A stretch of DNA of 64,000 bases from Epiperipatus broadwayi (taxonomy: Eukaryota; Animalia; Onychophora). The notes beneath the pieces were generated by a model. It was not told where the DNA came from, ran no database searches, and saw only the letters and a program-made list of their open reading frames with translations. Location of the stretch: contig JAQFVV010000007.1 in assembly GCA_028023455.1 (NCBI GenBank), positions 11,222,001-11,286,000 of the forward strand, read 5' to 3'. Position numbers and translations under genes: made by a program. Positions 39,590 through 51,278 of this stretch are shown piece by piece (position 1 is the first letter of the stretch; every line of letters starts with the position of its first letter).

Positions 39590-40700
<1,111 letters not shown>

Positions 40701-40804
40701 TAGTGCCATCTAGTATAATCTTGAGTAACCAATAATTAAATTAAATAATCAAAAGGCTTTATTGTTCATGTATTTATAAGAATTGTGAATATTAGAAGTG
40801 TGAA

Positions 40805-40870
40805 ACTGGAATTGATGTGATGATTTTACACTCCAAAGTCTAACATTATACCACTGCACTAAATCACATG
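40805..40870 (-). mobile_element. Decayed tRNA-derived SINE head
   Basis: Minus tgatttagtgcagtggtataatgttagactttggagtgtaaaatc...caattccagt aligns with 60333-60397 (+), which keeps a B-box-like GAATCGATTCC. Confidence 0.5.
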
Positions 40871-42130
40871 TATTAAAAAATAATAGATTGGTTTTATTGT
40901 TAAGAGTCTATAAAATACTCAGATGCTATTAGTGCCAGCACTGAAATCAATCTAAGGCCCTCTACATTAAACAATCCAGGACAGCAAACACTGTCTACCA
41001 GTTGCATATAAAGTCCCAACTCTTAATGTTTAAATCTATATTCTCAGAATAGTTTTTTGCTTTTACTTTTGTCAATGAGGCTTCCAACTTTGAATGCTAA
41101 TGCTCACTGGAAAAAGCAAAAGCACGAAATTGGTCTTATGAGGGGTATTTAAAGATAAAGGATAGGTATTTTAGTCACCACTAGAGTAAAAATCTGCTCT
41201 TGTCTTAACCTGAATACATCTTAATGGTATAAATGATTCTTAACATATAGACATAATTTAAAATATTGAGATTCTAGAATAAATTGTATTAAGAATACAA
41301 CAGAATAGACTAAACGTCCCTTCACCTAAGAAGCCATTATATTTTTAATGAGCCCTCTGCAAACAATAAAATATTTTGTTAATTATTGCAAATAAAATTT
41401 ATATATTTCCCACAATTATTTTTTTTTGACACTGAGGGTAGTCTTTGATCCAGCCTTATGACTCACCAATCCAATATTAATGATAGGAGAATGGATAAAA
41501 AATTATAATGCAGCTCTCAAATTATTAGATGAGAAAAGAAAGACATATCAAAATTTTTTAAATAAAGATCTGACTTATAAGTGTTTACTTAATTGTTAAT
41601 TGGTATTATTATAGGAAGACAATGAAAATAATCTGCCCCTATATTATTGGCAGAAAATAATGCTATAATTATTTGAGATATAATTCATGAAAATAAATAG
41701 TCATACAATAATGATGAACGCTTGCTATTTGTTGAAGATTTTTCTAATTTTGTTTATATACAATGTGCACTAAAATAGTTATTATTTGCTGCCATCTTCT
41801 TTCAAAGAGGTTAATACTATGCAAAAGCTTTAATAATTGTAATTACTGTGAGAACAATTTTAAAATTGTTTGAAATAATACATACTGCAGCTAAAGTAAT
41901 TATTTTATGGGTATTGCATTTTGATATTTTCTTTATTATAACCAAACTTTAATGTTTTTTTCTTATTCTTTCATTTATTGTGATCATGTTTTAATGAGTA
42001 TCATAAAATGGTTGGAGTGTTTTTGATAGAAATAACTTGATATAATTCTTTAATCAATAAATCTTCACCATAATCTTTTTAAAAACTTTTATTTTCATCA
42101 TATATATTTAAATCCTTCCACAATCTCCAT

Positions 42131-42180
42131 ATTCCAACGTTTCGATTGTTTTTTAAATTACAATCATTTTCAAGGCAAAA
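42131..42180 (-). ncRNA. PLE minimal hammerhead-like motif (inverted-arm copy)
   Basis: Exact reverse complement of the motif at 45001-45050. Confidence 0.55.
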
Positions 42181-42586
42181 CTACAAAATACACAGAAACA
42201 ATTGAATAAATAAAAATACATCTTATTACTTTACATAAATACAATAACTGTATAATAACAATTCAAAAAACATAATCATACATATTATACCATTAAATAA
42301 TACATTTACTTTCTATTTACTTATCCATTTTTTATTATTAACACCTATTATAAATCAATTTCTTTAAATTATTATAAGACAACAAATAAATAAAATAAAA
42401 CAATCTTAAATATTACCTATACACTTCTATTTCATTTATATCACATTATATTTTTATATTTTACCAATACCATTTTACTAATTCCATAACAACTAAATAC
42501 CTTAAATCATTTAAACATACCTCTATTTAAATACCTTCATAGAGCTTTTTTAAAACCCATTGTTTAATACATTCCTTTTAACACCT

Positions 42587-43240
42587 CTATACACCATTTA
42601 TTTTATTTAACACTGGATTTAATTTTTTAATATAATTACATTCTTTAATTATTCTTTCTTTATAATTCCTAACCTTTTCTATCATTTTAATACTAAAATT
42701 CCTATGTTTATATTTTTCTCTATGAATAAAAACACTAGAATTCTTATCTTTTAAATGTTGTTTAAATCTAGTTCTTAATGTATTCTTAGTTGTTCCCACA
42801 TATGATACATTATTTCCTTCTTTTTTACAATCTTCACAAATAATAATATATATCCCATTCATTTTATCTTGTTCACAATTTATACCAATATTATTATTTA
42901 TTAAATTTCCTAAACTACATTTTTTCTTATATACAGGTTTAACTAATAAATCAATCTTATATTTATATTTTAAATTAATATTTTTCATAATTTTTTTAAT
43001 TTCTTTAAAAACCTCTTTTGATACTTTATAACTATTATAAATTACTTTATTATCTATATTATGACTACAATTTTTATTTTTTCCTTTTTTATAATTATAA
43101 TTACAATTTTTCTTTATTATTTTACTAATATTTTTCTTATTAAATAAATTATTAATAATTTTTTCCGGATATTCATTCTTTAAAAATTCTATTTTAATTT
43201 TATTTAATTCTTTATTCAAACCTACATTATTGGAACACAA
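42587..43240 (-). CDS. Inverted duplicate of the PLE thumb/linker and GIY-YIG endonuclease (217 codons, TTG start in the ORF track)
   Basis: The translation equals the C-terminal 217 aa of ORF 43283-44596, apart from the initiator read as M. Confidence 0.8.
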   Translation of the reverse strand: MCSNNVGLNKELNKIKIEFLKNEYPEKIINNLFNKKNISKIIKKNCNYNYKKGKNKNCSHNIDNKVIYNSYKVSKEVFKEIKKIMKNINLKYKYKIDLLVKPVYKKKCSLGNLINNNIGINCEQDKMNGIYIIICEDCKKEGNNVSYVGTTKNTLRTRFKQHLKDKNSSVFIHREKYKHRNFSIKMIEKVRNYKERIIKECNYIKKLNPVLNKINGV

Positions 43241-43282
43241 ATTAACTGCTCTATTAATTCTATTATTTACAATATTAATCTT

Positions 43283-44596
43283 ATGTTGATTAAATTAAAT
43301 GAGTTTTTAAATACAAGTAATAAATATAAGAATATATATTTTATTAAATTAGATATTGAAAGTATGTATACCAATATTGACCTAGAAAAAGCTTTAGATA
43401 TAATATTAAAAATGTATAGTGAAGATAGAGAAAAAAGTTTTAACATTGAATATAGTTTATTAATAAAAATTTTTGATGCATGTTGTAAAGACATTGTTTT
43501 TAAATATAAAGATAGTTTTTATAAACAAAATAGTGGTTTAAGCATGGGGAATAGTCTTAGTGGTTTAATGGCTAATATATATATGAGCAATTTTGAAAGT
43601 TTATATTTTGAGGAGACTAAATTTAAAGCAATTTGGTGGGTAAGATATATAGATGATTATTTTCTTATTTTTAATGGAAATAATAATAAAGGAGTGAATT
43701 TTTGTAGATATATTAATTCAATTGAAGATAATATTAAATTTACTATACAAAAAGAAGATAATAATATGATTAATTATATGGATGTAAATATAAAAAAATA
43801 TTATGATAATGGATTTATAAAAATTGACACAGTAGTTTTTAGAAAAAATACTTTTCATGGGTTGCTTAGTAATTGGTATTCAGATTTTGAATATGAACAT
43901 AAGATTAATATTGTAAATAATAGAATTAATAGAGCAGTTAATTTGTGTTCCAATAATGTAGGTTTGAATAAAGAATTAAATAAAATTAAAATAGAATTTT
44001 TAAAGAATGAATATCCGGAAAAAATTATTAATAATTTATTTAATAAGAAAAATATTAGTAAAATAATAAAGAAAAATTGTAATTATAATTATAAAAAAGG
44101 AAAAAATAAAAATTGTAGTCATAATATAGATAATAAAGTAATTTATAATAGTTATAAAGTATCAAAAGAGGTTTTTAAAGAAATTAAAAAAATTATGAAA
44201 AATATTAATTTAAAATATAAATATAAGATTGATTTATTAGTTAAACCTGTATATAAGAAAAAATGTAGTTTAGGAAATTTAATAAATAATAATATTGGTA
44301 TAAATTGTGAACAAGATAAAATGAATGGGATATATATTATTATCTGTGAAGATTGTAAAAAAGAAGGAAATAATGTATCATATGTGGGAACAACTAAGAA
44401 TACATTAAGAACTAGATTTAAACAACATTTAAAAGATAAGAATTCTAGTGTTTTTATTCATAGAGAAAAATATAAACATAGGAATTTTAGTATTAAAATG
44501 ATAGAAAAGGTTAGGAATTATAAAGAAAGAATAATTAAAGAATGTAATTATATTAAAAAATTAAATCCAGTGTTAAATAAAATAAATGGTGTATAG
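43283..44596 (+). CDS. PLE reverse transcriptase and GIY-YIG endonuclease, N-terminally truncated, 437 aa, uninterrupted
   Basis: RT motifs KLDIESMYTNID, YKQNSGLSMGNSLS and WVRYIDDYF. Endonuclease GIYIIICEDC...SYVGTT...RFKQH...HREKYKH...E..YI..LNPVLN, with the CCHH Zn-binding residues typical of Penelope endonucleases. Confidence 0.95.
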   Translation: MLIKLNEFLNTSNKYKNIYFIKLDIESMYTNIDLEKALDIILKMYSEDREKSFNIEYSLLIKIFDACCKDIVFKYKDSFYKQNSGLSMGNSLSGLMANIYMSNFESLYFEETKFKAIWWVRYIDDYFLIFNGNNNKGVNFCRYINSIEDNIKFTIQKEDNNMINYMDVNIKKYYDNGFIKIDTVVFRKNTFHGLLSNWYSDFEYEHKINIVNNRINRAVNLCSNNVGLNKELNKIKIEFLKNEYPEKIINNLFNKKNISKIIKKNCNYNYKKGKNKNCSHNIDNKVIYNSYKVSKEVFKEIKKIMKNINLKYKYKIDLLVKPVYKKKCSLGNLINNNIGINCEQDKMNGIYIIICEDCKKEGNNVSYVGTTKNTLRTRFKQHLKDKNSSVFIHREKYKHRNFSIKMIEKVRNYKERIIKECNYIKKLNPVLNKINGV

Positions 44597-45001
44597 AGGT
44601 GTTAAAAGGAATGTATTAAACAATGGGTTTTAAAAAAGTCTATGAAAGTATTTAAATAGAGGTATGTTTAAATGATTTAAGGTATTTAGTTGGAATGGAA
44701 TTAGTAAAATGGTATTGGTAAAATATAAAAATATAATGTGATATAAATGAAATAGAAGTGTATAGGTAATATTTAAGATTGTTTTATTTTATTTATTTGT
44801 TGTCTTATAATAATTTAAAGAAATTGATTTATAATAGGTGTTAATAATAAAAAATGGATAAGTAAATAGAAAGTAAATGTATTATTTAATGGTATAATAT
44901 GTATGATTATGTTTTTTGAATTGTTATTATACAGTTATTGTATTTATGTAAAGTAATAAGATGTATTTTTATTTATTCAATTGTTTCTGTGTATTTTGTA
45001 G

Positions 45002-45052
45002 TTTTGCCTTGAAAATGATTGTAATTTAAAAAACAATCGAAACGTTGGAATA
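45002..45052 (+). ncRNA. PLE minimal type I hammerhead-like motif, U3-A8 core variant
   Basis: gcc-TTGAAAA-t-GATTG-taatttaaaaaa-CAATC-GAAA-CG-TT-gg. Helix II has 5 bp and helix III is the palindrome AACGTT. Helix I is marginal (2 clean bp). Confidence 0.55.
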
Positions 45053-45227
45053 TGGAGATTGTGGAAGGATTTAAATATATATGATGAAAATAAAAGTTTT
45101 TAAAAAGATTATGGTGAAGATTTATTGATTAAAGAATTATATGAATTGACTATATATTTTTAAAAAGAATGATGGAATATTTATTGTTATGAAATAACTT
45201 GATAATGCCTATGTGTTTGAAAAGGAA

Positions 45228-45672
45228 GGGTTTTAATAAATGTGTTTTATCAGTTCTTACTTATGGATCTGAGACTTGAACACTTAATAAAAGAGCAATA
45301 CAGAGACTTTAGACCACTCAAAAAAGTATGGACAGATGCATGTTGGGAATGAAGGAGGTAGAAAATGCAATATATGAGTAAGAAAACAAACAGGTGTTAC
45401 TGACCTCATTGAAAAAATTAAAAGACTGAAATTGAGTTGGGCTGGACATATTCCTAAAAGAGATGATAATAGATAAACAATTGAAATTCTAAACTGGATT
45501 CCAAGAGATTTTAAAAGACCCAGAAAGAGACCACATGTGAGATGGATGAATGAAGTAAGAAAGCATACAGGGGTGATGTGGAGAAGAGAAGCTAAAGATC
45601 AGAATAGATGGGTTTAACTTGGAGAGACCTTCATCCTGCAGTGGGTTGATAATGGTTGATAATGATGATGAT
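45228..45672 (+). mobile_element. RTE-clade LINE 3' fragment with (GAT)n-like tail
   Basis: FNKCVLSVLTYGSET, LKLSWAGHI and IPRDFKRPRKRPHVRWM; ends gttgataatgatgatgatc. Confidence 0.85.
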
Positions 45673-46519
45673 CATGAAAACTAAATATTACCTTTTTTTG
45701 TTTGACGTAGATTTCAAATGTCCATTTGAGTTACATTCTCAATACATTTGAATATTCTATTTATTTAAGTTTATGAGTAAAAAGAGGGTATATGAATCTT
45801 TGACTGGGGTTAACATTGATATCTGGATTGAGAATGATACAATAATCTGTAATCTAATAAATGATTAATAAAAAAATTTGATATATTTATGCCAGAGTGG
45901 ACAGAGCTAAAATTGTGTATGTAGAAAATTTGGCACAAGTTTAATATTTATAAACATTGAACAAGTGAAGATTGCAAAAACAAATATTGTGATGTATTGA
46001 TTCAGCAAAAAATACATCTTTGGGAATTATTTACGTTTGTAGTTGTCTTTATTCATATATTGGAATAATATGTGGCAGAGTGGAGTTTTAGGCATATTAA
46101 AAAAACAATTTGCTCATGAAAAAGAAAGGCAAAGTTGGATTACTTAATCTTTAAAACTTTAAATTTCAGTTATATTTTGGCTAATAATGATACAATAATC
46201 TGTAAGATAAAAAATTTTTTTAATGCTTATTAACATATTTATCTGAAAAGGATGGTAGTAAAATTATAACTTCTGAAAGTTTAACTCTTGTAAATCAAAT
46301 TCTAATCTATTCTATTATTGCAAATAAATGCCATATACTCATTACATTATTAAAAGACTAAACATTAACTGAAGACAGCCTTTGCACCAGCTTTATATTC
46401 TTCCACTTTGCTGTTAAAGTACTAAACTAAGCGTTTCTTTATATACATTTTGTAAATATATTGAATAATAATAATAATTATTATTAATAAAAGAGTACAT
46501 TAAAATTTATATATTTTTT

Positions 46520-47110
46520 ATGGTAATAGCAGAGAAAGAAGTACAGTATCTGTTAGATAAATTGGTAAGAACAAGAGCAAAATTCAGATTACAGAAAAAT
46601 GTGTGCAAGACAAATGTAATGCATTTAATTGAAGGAATATTAAAGCTAATATTGAAAGGCATTTCTGCACTTTGTTCTAAATCAAGATGAAGAATGTCAT
46701 AATGAGATAAATACCCAGTTACTATTGGCACTGAAGGCTTTACAAAATTGGTAATGTGGGGAAAAACAGAGGCATAAGTATGTGGACAGAGTGTAGATTA
46801 TTGAAAACCTTGATGCAGTTCATTACAATGTATGGATGTAAGTTACAGATATTGAAGAAACAAGAGAACACAATGATTGTTTTTTATTGATATATTATGA
46901 AAGGATGCTTGAAAAAGCTTGGAGGTTAAAAAAACTAATGAATACTTTTTTCTGAAAGAAGATGCATAGAGGCAACAATTGGAAGTAATAAGTTTGGGTA
47001 TAGCATACAAATATCTTGATAAACTTATGAATGAATCAAGGAGCAGAAAATAATCAAAACTGTCATGGATGAGAAACATCAACAATATTAATAATATCAG
47101 AAACATATAG
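46520..47110 (+). pseudogene. Old RTE-like RT C-terminal relic (second family)
   Basis: AEKEVQYLLDKLV..FRLQKNVCKTNVM and RLLKTLMQFITMYGCK resemble the post-YADD and K.RL...LV.....YGCE regions of RTE ORFs; many stops. Confidence 0.55.
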
Positions 47111-47623
47111 AAAATCAGAGAGGATATTAACTCAGAATCAATACGTGTGTTCTCATCCATTCTCAAATTTAATAGATAATAATGATGAAATTAAAAATTG
47201 GATGGATAGTTGTTTAAAAATTTATGTGGTTTTCAAACAATATAATAGATGGATTGAGCTTTTATACAGGAATTTATATCTTTCAAGTTTATCAACCTAT
47301 CCATACATCAAATGTGCAGAGTAAAAAAAAACATTCAATATTCACTGGTTTTTAGGAATACATGTTACTTAGATGTTAGAAATCTTTAGCTTCCAATGTT
47401 GTTTCTTAACCATTGCACTAAATTGTTGAACATTCTTAAGATGTAGATGCCAAAATAATTTGCCTAAGTAGAAAAATTAGAAAGTAGTAGTAGCATAATA
47501 AACATCAGCAAATAAAATTTAAGTGATGCAAGGCTTTTAACATTTTGTTCTAGCTCTCAAATCCAAACCAATGGCAACTATTTTTGATGTTAATGAAATG
47601 CATTTCTTGGTTGTATTACTTAC

Positions 47624-47670
47624 AGCCTTGTTAGTGAGACTGACTTTGGGTAGAGAACTTTATATTAAGC
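47624..47670 (-). other. Candidate 47-nt exon with stop codons in all three frames (UTR, lncRNA or terminal-codon exon)
   Basis: Minus strand acceptor aattttttcctctgtacag and donor GCT|gtaagt are both near-consensus. Confidence 0.45.
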
Positions 47671-48028
47671 CTGTACAGAGGAAAAAATTAAATGTGTAAT
47701 TTTTGACCTAATTTATTGTATTTGTATTGAGGTGATGTAATATGAAGATATTGGAAACTTTTTTTTTTTATTTAAGATGCTTCATAAAATTTTAAAAATG
47801 CAATAGCAATGATCATTAAAAAAATCAATATTTTCTTCAACTTCATGAATCTGATAGTGTGAAATCTACTATTGTAAAATCATACTATTCTAAATTGGAC
47901 ACATGATTAATAAAAGTCTTATTGAAAGAGTATTTTATGGTGTACTTGAACATGCTTTTGTTGGAGTGGCAAAACTTATTCATATTATAAAGATTTTTGT
48001 CAAAAAGGCATATCTTATTCATCTTATA

Positions 48029-48725
48029 GAAAAATTGTTAGATCAGAAGTCAAATTCCAATAATACACTATTACTTTAAATATTATGAATCTGTGCACAC
48101 ACACTTTTCAGTAAGAGTTTAAAAACGTTAAGTGAATCACTTACGTTCAGAGTGCATTTCTATTAATATACTAACGTTCACTAACCATGTTAAATCAGGG
48201 CTTGAGACTATTGTGTGCCTGAGACTATTGTGTGCCTGATATTATAATCAGATTTGAATTGTACAAATCGATTTAACCTATCACAAGAGAAATACAGTGT
48301 CTAATTTTTAACCACCCACAATCAGACAAATACAACTTATAAATGTCAGATCTAACAATTTCAAGATTTTCAGTGCTTTATAATAATGGATTTACATTTA
48401 TAAGTTGTGTTTGTCTGATTGTGGGTGGTTAAAAATGAGACACTGTCTTTCTACTGCGATAGGTTAAATATATTTGTAGAATTCAAAATTTGATTATAAC
48501 ATTAGGCACACAATAGACTCAAGCCCTGATTTAGCATGGTCAGTGAAAGTTGGTGTATTTATAGAAATGCACTCTAAACTTAAGTGATTCATTTAAGTTT
48601 TTTAAAGTCTTACTGATATGTGAGTGCACGCAGAGATTTATAATATTTAAAGTAATAGCGCATTATCGGAGTTCGACTTCCCAGCCAACAATTTCAAGAT
48701 TTTCAGCGCTTTATAATAGTAGATT
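48029..48725. mobile_element. Fold-back family D: inverted arm 48031-48345, forward copy with 333-nt terminal redundancy, 30-nt tail and 11-bp TSD
   Basis: Arms are colinear reverse complements. aacaatttcaagattttcag(t/c)gctttataata occurs at 48354 and 48687. TSD ttcatcttata at 48018-48028 and 48726-48736. Confidence 0.85.
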
Positions 48726-49399
48726 TTCATCTTATAAAGAGTATCTCAAAAACATTCAAAATAAGTGCAATATTTTTTTATTAGATGGAGAATAGAATAC
48801 ATAAGACAACTACAAGTAATCACAGTTATGAAGACCTTAGGAAATAAAAGTTTGTTGTAGAAGGAGTTAAAAGACAGCTTAGGAATAATATCAAATAAAC
48901 AGAATAATAGACCAGTGTATTCCATATATATACGTATTTGTGTTTCATGGACTGGTTTGTTTGATCAGCACAAAGTTCATCTGTTATTATTAATTATTAT
49001 ATTACACTGTCTGTCATTTTAGCTTTACTGCATATATATTATATTTAGATTATCTCTGCCTGTAAATAGTTTGTATATTTTAAACTGTATGGAAAATGCA
49101 ATAATTTAAATTAAAATAAATTATTATTATTATGGTGATGTTGATGATGATATTGTACTTAATACTGGCCATATTCATTTGCGATTAGCTACTGGTAATG
49201 ATGATATGAACATACGTTATTTGTACACAACATATACTTTAAGCACAAACTATAGTTTATTTAAATTGTTGCGTCTATAATTGCTTACACACACAGAGCA
49301 TACACGCGAAGTTATACAATTATATTATTATACATTATCACTGTACACATCCAGTCTAAAAACTTTCTGACAAGATGGCAGTGTGTTTTATTCTTATAG

Positions 49400-49660
49400 A
49401 AGATTATCAAGAAAATTGCTCTGCCGCGATCATTAAGATGTGCACTATTGGTTGATCCACCAGATGGTCTTACTAAGTATACAAATGAGGTTGTCAGGCG
49501 AACTCGATTTGCTTTTATTCTTCAGGATGTGCTGGCGCAGTCTGACTCTTTCTTTCTCAACGCTGTCAGATTTACTATAAAAGGACAGTTTTTCATTTGC
49601 CAAGTCATTTAAACGAAATAATACTTTTAAGATTATTACCCAAATCAAGTCCATCACCAA
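49400..49660. other. CpG-retaining candidate exon region, open on both strands
   Basis: Plus frame 49400-49612 is open after a ttttattcttatag acceptor. Minus ORF 49445-49660 has a strong donor (CTTA|gtaaga) at 49474/49473. Confidence 0.35.
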
Positions 49661-51140
49661 AGTATTACAATTGAGTTATAGCAGCAAATAAATCAATTCT
49701 CTACGTGAAGATTCTAACAGTTTGTGCCTGTTATTGGACTTGACTGGGTTAACCCCAAATTTTATCTTTTCATTTCCTCCCAGAAAATTTTCTTTTTAAT
49801 AGTTTGCCTGCATGAGAATTTGGTATTCAACCTAAAGAGACCATAGGTCTCTTCCTTATTGTGTCTAATAACCCTTCACATACCAGATCTTATATTACAT
49901 TTTAAAAGCATTATTATTATTATTTTTTTTTAAAAAAAAAACAATCTACTTTTAGTTATACATTTAAAAGTTATATTAAATATTTTACATTTTTTTATTA
50001 TTTTAAACATTAAAAATAAACATAATAAATACAAATTGAAATTTTAACTGTAAATGTCGGTATAAATTAATAGATTAAACATTACAAAACGCTATTCATA
50101 TACCGTTTCTTAGTAATATTTCTGATTAATTCATCTACTAATTCGGTTACTGTTCAAATTTAGACTGATGTTTTAAACCGGTGTGCACATTAATAGCTAT
50201 TTTATATTTTTTTAGCCTCAAAAATTTCATATTGCACACTGTGTATGGATTAGCTCATGGAACCATAATTACAATTTTGCTCCATAAAGTTTGATTCAAA
50301 TTTGGAATAAAGTGGAAGAGTCTATTTTTTATATGGATGAAGTTTTTGACCAAATGAAAATGTTTTCTTTTCAGTAACTAGCCCATAATCAATCCAGCCT
50401 ACGGGTTAGGAACCACCATGCAATATTTGCTAGAAAAGAAATAATTAGTTAATGATAAGGAAAAAAAAGTGCACGAATATGAAGGCAGAAAAATATCATA
50501 TATCTAAATATGTTAAACTTAGAATTCGCTTTTTATTTTTCTTAAGCAAAAATTTTAATAAATCACAATTTACAAAATTAAAACATTTCCAAGAATATTA
50601 AATATCTATAACATAAACAGAATTTAAATATATAAACCAAAAAATGAATATACAAACGTAAATTGTAATGTATAGCAATACTAATGAATTATCAGAATTT
50701 AGATAAAGAATATAAAAATAGTTGCAGTATTAAACATTCCACACAGTAGCTTCAAGGTAAATAACATTTCCAAATTATTGATATCATTTAAGAATCAAAA
50801 TCTTGAAGACATGTTTATACTCATTGATGTTAAATTTGCACTCATGTGTGCATAATAAGAGAAATATGAAAATTTATTTATATTGAAAATTTAAAATTTA
50901 TTTTATGTGATGCAAAAAAGATTAATAGTGAAATTCAAAAATGATTTAACATAACCTTCACGTAACCTTCACTAAAAGTAGTACAATTTTTAAGATTTGA
51001 AATACAGGCATTCTTATACCTGGAACTTAATTGTAAATATAGGAGGTTTGAACTCAAACTTTCAGGCAACCTTCAACTATCCACACTATCTTATACTGCT
51101 GATACACATGACCACACACATGAAGAAAAGATAAATAATC

Positions 51141-51184
51141 ACCAATATATGTATTTCATGCTGAACCAGCAATCATCAGTTGGT
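51141..51184 (-). ncRNA. Type I hammerhead ribozyme motif, family C
   Basis: accaa-CTGATGA-tTGCTG-gtt-CAGCAt-GAAA-tacata-TA-ttggt. Helix I is perfect; the 10.1-11.1 pair is mutated to U.U. Confidence 0.72.
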
Positions 51185-51234
51185 CCAGATAATCATCTTC
51201 CATACATTATTTTGTGCCAGAGATGATAATCTGG

Positions 51235-51278
51235 ACAAACTGATGAGTGCTGGTTCAGCATGAAATATGTATATTGGT
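51235..51278 (+). ncRNA. Type I hammerhead ribozyme motif, family C
   Basis: acaaa-CTGATGA-GTGCTG-gtt-CAGCAT-GAAA-tatgta-TA-ttggt. All core nucleotides are present, the cleavage triplet is AUA, and helix III derives from palindrome ATACGTAT. Confidence 0.8.

Larger units (their letters stand above)
42043..45190 (+). mobile_element. Penelope-like element (Penelope/Poseidon-type GIY-YIG) in inverted configuration, with 14-bp TSD
   Basis: Arms 42040-43287 and 43896-45142 are near-identical reverse complements. Spacer 43288-43895 is unique RT sequence, and the unpaired tail is 45143-45190. TSD gaaataacttgata at 42029-42042 and 45191-45204. Confidence 0.93.

Noticed and set aside
43267-43494. 75-aa minus-strand ORF across the PLE junction
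   Set aside because: It is the antisense shadow of the RT ORF, with no motif.
42040-45142. The long palindrome as an amplification or assembly chimera
   Set aside because: The arms differ at several positions, one arm has an extra 48-nt tail, and the whole is flanked by a 14-bp duplication, which matches known PLE structure. Raw-read confirmation is still advisable.
48510-48560. Hammerhead in family D
   Set aside because: Both arms read CTCAAGC where CTGANGA is required, and helix I does not pair.
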